Assembly (NCBI GenBank): GCA_034658655.1
Contig: JAYEFQ010000079.1
Location: 8,965-72,964 of the forward strand
Direction: 5' to 3'
From: Bacteroidota bacterium
GTDB lineage: Bacteria > Bacteroidota > Bacteroidia > Bacteroidales > ML635J-15
Length of the DNA stretch: 64,000 bases
Shown: piece after piece, positions 30,295 through 39,251 of the stretch
Layout of the letters: each line of letters opens with the position of its first letter
Numbering within the stretch: the first letter of the stretch is position 1
Notes under the pieces: model-generated
What the model was told of the DNA's origin: nothing
The model's input: only the letters and a program-made list of their open reading frames with translations
The model's database searches: none
Made by a program: the position numbers and the translations under genes

Positions 30295-31407
30295 TTATTC
30301 TTTATCCATGTTTTTTGTTAATGAGCGTATGAATTTAAATTGCGAGAAAAACTCTTTTGCAATAACCCGTAAAACCGTGTAAGTTGGAATTGCCAATAAC
30401 ATACCCAAAATGCCCGCAACGCTCGATCCGATTAAGATAACCAAAAAGATTTCTAAAGGATGTGCCCTTACAGAATTCGAGAAGATAAGTGGTTGAAATA
30501 AAAACACGTCAATCATTTGAGTTATTACAAACGTTAGTAAAACAAAAATGAGTAATGGTAATAATTCTAAGTTAAAATCCATGCCTAAATTTCCAGCAAT
30601 AACTAAAACAATGCCCAATACAGCTCCAATCCATGGTCCGATATACGGAATTAAATTTAAGAAGCCTGCAATAATTCCGATTAAAATTGCCAAGGGAAAT
30701 TCAACTCCAGAAAGCATTAAACCTGTAGTTACCAAAGTCGTTATTCCAATAACTTGAAGAACTAATCCAATAAAATATCTCGAAATTAAAATTTTTATTT
30801 TTTTCAAAGCATTTTCTGCTTTATACTCATGTTTTTCCGGAATAATCATCATCACCCCTCGATCAAATAAATTGCTATCTTTCATAAAAAAGAAACTTAT
30901 GAATAAAACAGCAAAAATCCCGATAAGAATACTTCCCAAAGTTCCTCCTACATTATTAACAAGCTCAGATATCTGATTAAATTGGACAATCTCCACAATT
31001 TTTTCACTGATAAATTCTTTTGATGAAAAATCTGCTAAATCAGGAATCGAAAACGAATGTACAAAGGCGTCAATTTCTTGATAGGGATCCTCTAGATTTT
31101 GCGAAATTGAGGCTGATTCTATGGTCGAGAATTCTGAAACTTGTTGTCCAACCAAAGGGATGATCAATCGTAAAAATCCAACAATTAGAAACACAAAAAA
31201 TGCCATCGTAATTAATGATGCACCCCATCTTGGCAATCGAAATTTTTTAATATGAAGGCGAGTTAGAAACGTAATAATAGGCCGTCCAATCATGGAAAGA
31301 ACGGCAGCAATTAAGATATAAGTTACAATGTTTCCAAAAAAATAGAAAAACAATAATACGGCAAGTAAACTCAAGCCTCCGATTAGATATTTTTGAATCT
31401 TATTCAT
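30295..31407 (-). CDS. AI-2E family transporter (PerM/UPF0118)
   Basis: 370 aa with about 8 TM segments and the motif NLIPYIGPWIG. Confidence 0.75.
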   Translation of the reverse strand: MNKIQKYLIGGLSLLAVLLFFYFFGNIVTYILIAAVLSMIGRPIITFLTRLHIKKFRLPRWGASLITMAFFVFLIVGFLRLIIPLVGQQVSEFSTIESASISQNLEDPYQEIDAFVHSFSIPDLADFSSKEFISEKIVEIVQFNQISELVNNVGGTLGSILIGIFAVLFISFFFMKDSNLFDRGVMMIIPEKHEYKAENALKKIKILISRYFIGLVLQVIGITTLVTTGLMLSGVEFPLAILIGIIAGFLNLIPYIGPWIGAVLGIVLVIAGNLGMDFNLELLPLLIFVLLTFVITQMIDVFLFQPLIFSNSVRAHPLEIFLVILIGSSVAGILGMLLAIPTYTVLRVIAKEFFSQFKFIRSLTKNMDKE

Positions 31408-31594
31408 GTAGAATTTTTTTTCGAATTTACGAAAAATTCCGGTTTTTGATAAATTTCATGTGAAAATGCATCCTTTATTCTAAAAAATTTGTCTTAATTT
31501 ACAACAATGAGAATTATGGGTGTTATTATTGTCTCGTTTTTTGAGTTTCGCATTATTTACCTATGACAGTAAACTAAATCATCCGTATTTTGGC

Positions 31595-31602
31595 TATATT
31601 TG
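31595..31602 (+). promoter_or_regulatory. -7 box TATATTTG (TAnnTTTG)
   Basis: 20 nt upstream of ATG 31622 and inside the ORF-track N-terminal extension. This supports the 31622 start. Confidence 0.4.
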
Positions 31603-31621
31603 TATCTTAACAAAAGAAAAT

Positions 31622-34600
31622 ATGAGGAAAATAAAAACATTAACACTCCTGATTTTTGCACTCATTTTAATGATTGGAACTGTTTCTGCGCAACCTTGGA
31701 TGACGGATTTTGATTCAAAAGATGGAAAGCCATCATTTTACGAAATTCAGGATGCGTTTAATGATTATTGGGCAAAACGTGATTATGAAAAAGGAAAAGG
31801 GTTTAAACAATTTAAACGTTGGGAAAATTTCATGGAGCCCAGGGTAGATAAAAATGGATATTTCCCTCATTATATCTTAACTGAAGAATGGCGAAAAGTT
31901 CAAAAAAAATCTGCGTTGAGCTCACGTGAAGAAATTGCCAACTGGACACATATGGGTCCTGATGATACCCCTGTTGATATTAATTCACCCACATGGCGCC
32001 GTGGTAGCGGACGCTTAAATTGTATAAGTTTTCATCCAACAGATGCTGATATTATGTTTGTTGGCGCACCAAGTGGCGGATTTTGGAAAACAATCGATGG
32101 CGGATTAAGCTGGGAAACCACAACCGACCATCTACCATCTATTGGAGTAAGCGATATTGCTGTCAACCCAAATGATCCAAACATAATTTTTATTGCCACA
32201 GGTGATGGAGATGCACGAGATACCTACAGCGCAGGAATCCTTAAATCTACTGACATGGGACAAACTTGGGAACATGTTATGTTTGATTTGGCAATTCAAG
32301 ATCAGATTATCATTCGGCGTTTAATCATAAACCCCGATAATCCGGACATTTTAATAGCTGCTTCAAGTACGGGAATTTTATATACTTCAAATGCCGGCGT
32401 AAACTGGGAGTTCCGTGCAAGCGGTCATTTTAAGGATGTTGAGTTTAAGCCAGGAAACCCCGATTATGTATATGCCACAACCTATGAATATAGTGGCAAT
32501 GCAAATATCTATCGCTCTGAAAATGGTGGCATGAATTGGACAAGTGTACACCAAGTCTCTGGAGCCAATCGCATTGAAATTGCTGTGACAGAAGATGATA
32601 CAAATCGTATTTATGCTGTCGCTTCAAATGCTTCAGATAATGGATATCTTGGCTTTTATAAATCTTCAAATAGTGGTAATAGCTGGACACAAATTCATGA
32701 TAGTTCATCGCTCAATTTATTGGGTTGGTCATCTGATGGCTCAGACAGTGGTGGACAAGGTTGGTATGACCTTGCAATTGCTGCAGATCCAAACAATGCA
32801 GACAATGTATTTGTTGGAGGTGTTAATATCTGGAAATCGAGTAATGCCGGTTCATCATGGAATATTTCCACACACTGGTACGGAGACAATGCTGCGTATG
32901 TGCATGCCGATCAGCATACATTAGATTATCATCCATTAACCGGTGCTTTGTTTTCAGGAAACGATGGTGGTTTGCATAAAACAACAAACAACGGAAACAG
33001 CTGGGCTGATTTAAGTGACGGATTACAAATACTGCAGATTTACCGTTTTGGAAATGCTGTAACCAATCCAAATCGCTTTGTTACCGGTTCACAAGATAAT
33101 GGTTCTATGCGTTATGATAACGGTGATTGGCGTGCAATTCTCGGCGGCGACGGAATGGAGTGTTTGATTGATTACACAAATGATCAAATCCTCTATGCAT
33201 CATATTATTACGGAGCAATTCATCGTTCTACTAACGGCGGACAAGATTTTACCAACATTCAGCCTTATGAAGCCGGTGAAGGTGCTTGGGTTACGCCTTA
33301 TATTATTGATCCGGTTGATCCCCAGACCTTATATGCAGGTTTTTCAGATGTTTATAAAACAACTAATCGTGGAAGTTCCTGGGAGCCGATTTCTAATAAC
33401 TTGACCGGTGGTACAAACTTACAATCACTAGCAGTGGCACCTTCAAATCCTGATGTTATTTACGCAGCAACTTATGACGATATTTATAAAACGGAAAATG
33501 GAGGCGGAACTTGGGAAAATGTCACCAATAATCTGCCTAATAATTCGATAACTTATATTACAGTAAATCCTTCTAATCCAAATATGTTATGGGTGAGCCT
33601 TAGTAGTTTTAGCTCCAGTGAAAAAATTTATTATTCAGATAATGGAGGAAATACATGGACAAATTATTCTGAAGGTTTACCTAATGTCCCTGCAAATTGT
33701 TTAGTTTATGAATTGGGAACAAATCATGCATTGTATGCAGGAACAGATCTCGGTGTATTTTATCGAAATGCTGGAATGTCTGAATGGATTTCTTACAGCC
33801 AAGGATTGCCAAATATGATTGTTAATGAATTGGAAATCCAATATGATGTAAATAAACTACGTGCGGCAACTTACGGCCGTGGCGTTTGGGAAAGCGATTT
33901 GTTTGAACTTGTTGCACCCCCCGTCGCCGATTTTTCCTACAATGAAATCAATGGTTGCGAAGGAATTATTCAATTTGCAAGTATTTCAAGTGGCGCACCC
34001 GAAGATTATCGTTGGGAATTTGGAGATGGAAATCAGTCATTCGATTTTTCACCAACCCATACCTATGATGCAACTGGAGATTACGACGTAAAACTTGTGG
34101 TTTCTAATGCTTTGGGTGAAGATTCAATTACACAAACAATCAGCTTAAACCCGACAGCACCTTTAGTTGACTTTTCCTCTGATGTTACGATTGGATGTGA
34201 ACCCACTGAAGTTGAATTTTACAATTTGAGTGCAAGTGCTTTGTCTTACCTATGGGAATTCGGTAATGGAGAAACATCTGATGCGTTTGAACCAGAACAC
34301 ACTTATACAGAAGCTGGATTATACGATGTTAAATTAACCGCATATACCACACTGTGCCCAGAAGTCAGCGAATTAAAAACGGAATACATAAGCTTCGATC
34401 CGCTCAACACATCGGAACTAAATCTGCCAGAGGATGGATATAGTCCAGACCAAGTCTGTTGCGAAGGAACACTCTATGATAATGGTGGCCCTGATGGCAT
34501 GTACTCAAATAACACCAATAGTTCCGTAAAAATTAAACCTGCAAATGCAGATCAAATTGAGTTTCAATTTTTGGAATTTGATGTTGAAGCTGGTTCAGCC

Positions 34601-35296
34601 AACCAATGTGATTATGATAGAATCACAATTTATAATGGTGATATCCCTTATGCTGGTTATGCAATTGGTGAATTTTGTAATACACTTCCACCCTCCGGAA
34701 CCTATATTACTGAAGGTGAAACAGCATTAGTAAAACAATATACAGATCCTGGTGTTACCGAAAATGGATTTAAATTGATTTGGCAATGCTTATTTGTTGA
34801 TTATACCTATATGGTAGATGAGACAAATGAAAAGCACTTTAACTTTACCGATATTTCAACAAATTATCCGGACAGTTGGGCGTGGAATTTTGATGATGGA
34901 AACACGAGCACAGATCAAAATCCGCAGCATACTTATGATCAAGAAGGTATTTACGATGTTAGCCTGACAGTAACCAATGTGCAAGGTGAATATACTGAAA
35001 TAAAAAGTATTAATGTTGGAGATGTAAGTGTAGAAGATATATCCACAGATGAATTTTTAAAAATCTACCCAAATCCAGTTGCAGATGGGACACTTTTTAT
35101 TCAATTTATTGAACGTGAAAAACAAACGTTGTCTTATGAAATTTTTAGTATTGATGGAAAACTAATAAAACGTTGTGAAATAGATGAATCTAAAACTACA
35201 TTTTCAATTGATGTGACAGGTTTTTCAACCGGAATTTATACACTTAAATTATTGCACGGAAAAGATCGCTTTGTCCGTCAATTTAACACCTTATAA
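31622..35296 (+). CDS. large secreted BNR/Asp-box beta-propeller protein with PKD-like domains and T9SS C-terminal domain
   Basis: Signal peptide MRKIKTLTLLIFALILMIGTVSA. About 11 Asp-box-like motifs (DGGLSWE, DMGQTWE, NGGMNWT, NSGNSWT, NGGGTWE and others). Three PKD-like repeats (F.F.DGN.S....P.H.Y...G.YDV.L). CTD KIYPNPVADG...GIYTLKL. Confidence 0.75.
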   Translation: MRKIKTLTLLIFALILMIGTVSAQPWMTDFDSKDGKPSFYEIQDAFNDYWAKRDYEKGKGFKQFKRWENFMEPRVDKNGYFPHYILTEEWRKVQKKSALSSREEIANWTHMGPDDTPVDINSPTWRRGSGRLNCISFHPTDADIMFVGAPSGGFWKTIDGGLSWETTTDHLPSIGVSDIAVNPNDPNIIFIATGDGDARDTYSAGILKSTDMGQTWEHVMFDLAIQDQIIIRRLIINPDNPDILIAASSTGILYTSNAGVNWEFRASGHFKDVEFKPGNPDYVYATTYEYSGNANIYRSENGGMNWTSVHQVSGANRIEIAVTEDDTNRIYAVASNASDNGYLGFYKSSNSGNSWTQIHDSSSLNLLGWSSDGSDSGGQGWYDLAIAADPNNADNVFVGGVNIWKSSNAGSSWNISTHWYGDNAAYVHADQHTLDYHPLTGALFSGNDGGLHKTTNNGNSWADLSDGLQILQIYRFGNAVTNPNRFVTGSQDNGSMRYDNGDWRAILGGDGMECLIDYTNDQILYASYYYGAIHRSTNGGQDFTNIQPYEAGEGAWVTPYIIDPVDPQTLYAGFSDVYKTTNRGSSWEPISNNLTGGTNLQSLAVAPSNPDVIYAATYDDIYKTENGGGTWENVTNNLPNNSITYITVNPSNPNMLWVSLSSFSSSEKIYYSDNGGNTWTNYSEGLPNVPANCLVYELGTNHALYAGTDLGVFYRNAGMSEWISYSQGLPNMIVNELEIQYDVNKLRAATYGRGVWESDLFELVAPPVADFSYNEINGCEGIIQFASISSGAPEDYRWEFGDGNQSFDFSPTHTYDATGDYDVKLVVSNALGEDSITQTISLNPTAPLVDFSSDVTIGCEPTEVEFYNLSASALSYLWEFGNGETSDAFEPEHTYTEAGLYDVKLTAYTTLCPEVSELKTEYISFDPLNTSELNLPEDGYSPDQVCCEGTLYDNGGPDGMYSNNTNSSVKIKPANADQIEFQFLEFDVEAGSANQCDYDRITIYNGDIPYAGYAIGEFCNTLPPSGTYITEGETALVKQYTDPGVTENGFKLIWQCLFVDYTYMVDETNEKHFNFTDISTNYPDSWAWNFDDGNTSTDQNPQHTYDQEGIYDVSLTVTNVQGEYTEIKSINVGDVSVEDISTDEFLKIYPNPVADGTLFIQFIEREKQTLSYEIFSIDGKLIKRCEIDESKTTFSIDVTGFSTGIYTLKLLHGKDRFVRQFNTL

Positions 35297-35298
35297 TT

Positions 35299-37209
35299 AT
35301 GAAACAAATTGCTCTTATTGCATTACTGATAACCAGACTAACTGCATTTTCACAATGGAGTAACCCCGAAATTAATCAATGGAAATCTCAAGCCGACGAC
35401 CGACTAATAACACTGCACCGAGCAGCCGATGATTACGATGTGAAATTTTATTTTCTCGATTTAGTGATGGATGATCAGTCAAAATACGTTGAAGGTACTG
35501 TACAAATTGATTTAGAAATAACAAATCCAGAAGCATCAGCCATTGAACTTGATTTTGATAATATCATGATTGCCGATGAAGTACGGTTAAATGGAATTTC
35601 AACCTCATATACACACAACAACGACCTAATTAACATCTCATTAGACAGAAATAAAAGCAGACAAATACTTACGATTGAAATTGATTATCACGGCACACCA
35701 CCTTACGGAATGTTTAATCGGTACAATAGTGATTGGGATGTAAAAACCACTTTTTCACTGTCTGAGCCTTTTGATGCTATGGGTTGGTTTCCTGTAAAAC
35801 AGGATTTAACCGACAAAGCCGATTCCTCTTGGGTTTTCATCACCGTTCCCGATCATCTAATGGCAGGTTCAAATGGTTTGCTGACAGCGGTTATTGATAA
35901 TGGTGACGGAACAGAAACATATCAATGGAAATCAAATTATCCCATTGATTACTATTTGATTTCAGTAGCAATTGGTGAGTACATGGATGCCCCAATTTAT
36001 GCTCATCCTACCCAAATTGAAGATTCTATATTAATTCAAAATTTTGTGTATAATGTGGATGGATATTTTGCTGCAAATGAATGGAGTATGAACCAGACCA
36101 TTCCAATTATGGAGGCCTTTTGTGATGTGCTCGGGATCTATCCTCATCATGAGGAAAAATACGGACATTGTATTGTTGAATTAAACGGTGGCATGGAACA
36201 TCAGACAATGACAAGTATCCGTGATTTTGGATTTTCATTGGTTGCCCACGAAATGGGACATTCCTGGTTCGGAAACTATGTTACCTGTGCAACTTGGCAA
36301 GATATCTGGATAAATGAGGGTTTTGCAGTTTACACAGAAATAATTGCGAATGAGGCATTGTCGAGTGAAACAACACAACGAGAATATTTAGAGTTTTCGA
36401 TGAATTATGCAAAGTATAATGATGAAGGTTCTGTATATGTGCCGATTGAGGAAGCAACAAATGTTGGACGGATTTTTGATTATTATTTGACTTACAAAAA
36501 AGGTGGAATGTTAGTGCATATGATTCGCTATTTAGTTGATAATGACGAGTTATTTTATCAAACATTGCAAACATTTTTATCAAGCTATGCCAATTCTACA
36601 GCAACTGGTGAAGATTTTCGTGCTGTCTTAGAAGCTGAAACAGAGATGAATTTTGAAAATTTCTTTAATGAATGGTATTACGGCGAAGGATATCCAACGT
36701 ATAGTGTAAACTGGTATCAGCACGATAATGTTTTGTATCTTGAATCACAACAAACTACCAGCTCAAATGTGACAAATTTATTTACAATTCCGCTTGAATA
36801 CCGTTTGTATTTTGCAGGTGGCGATAGTTTAGATATTCGTTTAGCGAATGATGCTCCCACAACAATTCATGAAATTACAGAGTCTCGCACTGTTGTTGAT
36901 ATTGCTGTCGATCCAGATTTGTGGGTTGTTTGTGATGCCACGGCGCAATTTGTTCAAAATATCCCAACTCAAGACATTCATGTAAATATTTATCCGAACC
37001 CAACTGAAGAGATGGTTTATGTCAAACTTGGAAATGTGCAGGATTACACCGTTTCACTTTTTAATATGCAAGGTAAATTATTGTTCGAACAAAAAATTAA
37101 TGAATTTTATTTCACGCTTAATTTGCAAGATTATCCTTCAGGTATATATCAAATGAAAATATCAGATGTCAAAGGAAATTACATTCAGAAAAAATTGGTA
37201 AAACTTTGA
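35299..37209 (+). CDS. M1 family (aminopeptidase N-like) zinc metallopeptidase with T9SS C-terminal domain
   Basis: HEMGHSWFGN-x-WINEGFA, the HExxH-x18-E gluzincin motif, with HEMGH at 36247-36261. CTD NIYPNPTEEMVYV...GIYQMKI. There is a 2-nt gap to the upstream gene. Confidence 0.85.
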   Translation: MKQIALIALLITRLTAFSQWSNPEINQWKSQADDRLITLHRAADDYDVKFYFLDLVMDDQSKYVEGTVQIDLEITNPEASAIELDFDNIMIADEVRLNGISTSYTHNNDLINISLDRNKSRQILTIEIDYHGTPPYGMFNRYNSDWDVKTTFSLSEPFDAMGWFPVKQDLTDKADSSWVFITVPDHLMAGSNGLLTAVIDNGDGTETYQWKSNYPIDYYLISVAIGEYMDAPIYAHPTQIEDSILIQNFVYNVDGYFAANEWSMNQTIPIMEAFCDVLGIYPHHEEKYGHCIVELNGGMEHQTMTSIRDFGFSLVAHEMGHSWFGNYVTCATWQDIWINEGFAVYTEIIANEALSSETTQREYLEFSMNYAKYNDEGSVYVPIEEATNVGRIFDYYLTYKKGGMLVHMIRYLVDNDELFYQTLQTFLSSYANSTATGEDFRAVLEAETEMNFENFFNEWYYGEGYPTYSVNWYQHDNVLYLESQQTTSSNVTNLFTIPLEYRLYFAGGDSLDIRLANDAPTTIHEITESRTVVDIAVDPDLWVVCDATAQFVQNIPTQDIHVNIYPNPTEEMVYVKLGNVQDYTVSLFNMQGKLLFEQKINEFYFTLNLQDYPSGIYQMKISDVKGNYIQKKLVKL

Positions 37210-37218
37210 TATTATAAC

Positions 37219-37251
37219 TGAGACGAGTATAAAAAGTAGAAAGTTTATAAA
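37219..37251 (+). repeat. copy A of a conserved intergenic element (TGAGACGAGTATAAAAAGTAGAAAGTTTATAAA)
   Basis: 31 of 33 nt identical to 58084-58116. The 15-nt core is identical to the reverse complement of 16193-16207. Confidence 0.7.
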
Positions 37252-37306
37252 GTCAAAAAAGGGAAACTGGTCAAAAAGCTCATTATCAAATAACTTCTTC
37301 TCCGCT

Positions 37307-38554
37307 ATGAACAATATCAATAAATCATATAAGTCTTTTTTACTGATTTGCTTGTTATTCATCTTTGTAAATCCTTTGCAGGCATGTACAACATTCCTGA
37401 TATCAGGAAAATATACCAAAAATGGTAAGCCCCTTCTGTTTAAAAACCGTGACACCGGATGCATGAATAATGCACTAGTACTATTTGAAGACGGGAAATA
37501 CAAATACATTGCTATGGTCAATGGCAATAAAAACTGGGATAAGGAAGTCTGGGGCGGATACAATGAAACAGGATTTGCCATTGTCAATACCGCTGCTTAT
37601 AACAACAATACAGGAGACACAACAGAACTCAAAGACCAGGAAGGCGTAGTAATGAAAATGGCGCTGCAATATTGCAATACCCTGCAGGATTTTGAACGCC
37701 TGCTTGATACCCTGAATAAGCCCATGGGTGTAGATTCCAACTTTGGTGTGATTGATGCATACGGTGGTGCAGCATACTATGAAACCGGGAATTACAATTA
37801 TAAAAAATTTGATGCCAACAACCCTGATGTTGCGCCTCATGGGTTTTTGGTCAGAACCAATTTTTCCGTGAGTGGCGATACCACTGAAGGGTATGGATTT
37901 ATACGCTACAATACTGCTTTCAAGGCGCTCAATGAAGGACTTAAGCACAACCTGTTGAGCCCGCAATATGCGTTTGATAAGCTTTCACGCAACCTTTATC
38001 ATTCCCTGACAGAAACAAGTCTGCGGGATGATATCCCGGTATCACGGGATACACGTGACCTCCGGTTTTTTATCGATTACATTCCACGGGTATCTACGTC
38101 TGCAGCCATGCTGATTGTGGGAACAAAAAACGAAAAACACGCAGATGAAGCCATGATGTGGACAGTGCTAGGCTCCCCGCTGTGTTCTGTGGCGGTGCCG
38201 GTATGGTTGTCAGCAGGGAAGCCATTACCACGTGTTTTGGATATGAACGACAGCCTCAGAGCACCACTCTGCAATGCTGCTTTGACATTAAAACAAGATT
38301 GTTTCCCTGTGACCCGGGGCAGTGGGAAAAAATACATAAACCTTTCTGCGGTAATAAATCAGGAACAAACAGGGTATTTGCAATTGTTGAAACCTGTTGA
38401 AAACACCATTTTCGAAAAAACTGAAAAGCTTTGTGTTCACATAGCCAACGGAACCAAATCATATAATGACATTCAGGCATTTTACACCTGGGCAGATAAA
38501 TATCTGAACAACTTTTACAAGGAAAAATTCAATTGTACCCTTTTAAAAAAATAA
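37307..38554 (+). CDS. Ntn-hydrolase-like protein (peptidase C45/C69-like) with Cys immediately after the signal peptide
   Basis: Signal peptide ending ..NPLQA|CTTFLISGKYTKNGKPLLFKNRD, a pattern resembling Cys-nucleophile Ntn hydrolases. The gene is clearly GC-richer than its surroundings. Confidence 0.55.
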   Translation: MNNINKSYKSFLLICLLFIFVNPLQACTTFLISGKYTKNGKPLLFKNRDTGCMNNALVLFEDGKYKYIAMVNGNKNWDKEVWGGYNETGFAIVNTAAYNNNTGDTTELKDQEGVVMKMALQYCNTLQDFERLLDTLNKPMGVDSNFGVIDAYGGAAYYETGNYNYKKFDANNPDVAPHGFLVRTNFSVSGDTTEGYGFIRYNTAFKALNEGLKHNLLSPQYAFDKLSRNLYHSLTETSLRDDIPVSRDTRDLRFFIDYIPRVSTSAAMLIVGTKNEKHADEAMMWTVLGSPLCSVAVPVWLSAGKPLPRVLDMNDSLRAPLCNAALTLKQDCFPVTRGSGKKYINLSAVINQEQTGYLQLLKPVENTIFEKTEKLCVHIANGTKSYNDIQAFYTWADKYLNNFYKEKFNCTLLKK

Positions 38555-38865
38555 GATTGACAAAATAAGCGATGTTATACCGGAATTTTTGATTTTAAAG
38601 TGGTATCATAAGTAATTCAGCTTATAATATCCGGAGAGCATGCCAAATAGATGTTTTTTATTGTTTTCTAAAACTTTAAAGAAAAAATGACGATTCTAAA
38701 CATTGCAATGCTATTTATGCTCTAATTTATAAAAACATTATTTAGAAATAAAAAAAAACAAAGACAAATCGATTCAGTCTTTCAGTAGGTTAATCATGCT
38801 ATTTAGACTAAATACAAATTACAAATATTCGCTCTTTTTTGTTTCGCTATTTAAGAAAGTAAAAT

Positions 38866-38873
38866 TAAGTTTG
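38866..38873 (+). promoter_or_regulatory. -7 box TAAGTTTG (TAnnTTTG)
   Basis: 31 nt upstream of the ferredoxin ATG at 38904. Confidence 0.4.
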
Positions 38874-38903
38874 TACTGAATAGTAACTAAAAATTTAAAT
38901 ACT

Positions 38904-39074
38904 ATGGCTTACGTAATTAATGATGATTGTACTGCATGTGGAACATGCTTAGACGAATGTCCAGTAGAGGCGATTTCAGAAGGAGATATTTATGTAATTG
39001 ATCCAGACGTTTGCACTGATTGTGGTGCTTGCGCTGATGTTTGCCCGGTAGAAGCAATTCACCCGGAAGACTAG
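38904..39074 (+). CDS. 2x[4Fe-4S] clostridial-type ferredoxin (56 aa; below the ORF-track size cut-off)
   Basis: Hand translation gives MAYVINDDCTACGTCLDECPVEAISEGDIYVIDPDVCTDCGACADVCPVEAIHPED*. It carries two CxxCxxCxxxCP motifs and has its own -7 box and terminator. Confidence 0.85.
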   Translation: MAYVINDDCTACGTCLDECPVEAISEGDIYVIDPDVCTDCGACADVCPVEAIHPED

Positions 39075-39095
39075 TACAGTCAATAAAGAAAATCA

Positions 39096-39129
39096 AAAAG
39101 CTGCTTTCCAACGGGAAGTGGCTTTTTTT
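39096..39129 (+). terminator. rho-independent terminator after the ferredoxin gene
   Basis: GCTGCTTTCC-aac-GGGAAGTGGC (10 bp including G-U pairs) followed by T7. Confidence 0.6.
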
Positions 39130-39214
39130 ATCTTATGCTAAAAATTAGCATTATTCTACCGTTTCATAATGCTCATTATCTCAAATTAAAATTCCCGATA
39201 TAAATATTATTGTA

Positions 39215-39222
39215 TATTTTTG
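39215..39222 (+). promoter_or_regulatory. -7 box TATTTTTG (TAnnTTTG)
   Basis: 30 nt upstream of ATG 39252 and downstream of the ORF-track start at 39210. This supports the 39252 start. Confidence 0.4.
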
Positions 39223-39251
39223 TTATCAGGTTAATCATTGAATTTGGATTT

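Noticed and set aside
31520-31621. 34-codon N-terminal extension of the BNR protein ORF
   Set aside because: The extension contains the TATATTTG -7 box. The internal Met at 31622 is followed by a canonical signal peptide.
32445-33404. Overlapping ORFs inside the BNR protein gene
   Set aside because: These are shadow ORFs with His/Gln-rich nonsense products, inside a CDS supported by repeated Asp-box motifs.
37162-38480. Long minus-strand and alternate-frame ORFs (37162-37587, 37481-37966, 38077-38337, 38158-38400, 38256-38480)
   Set aside because: They overlap the Ntn-hydrolase-like CDS and the end of the M1 peptidase gene. They are explained by the locally high GC, which gives few stop codons, and they carry no motifs.
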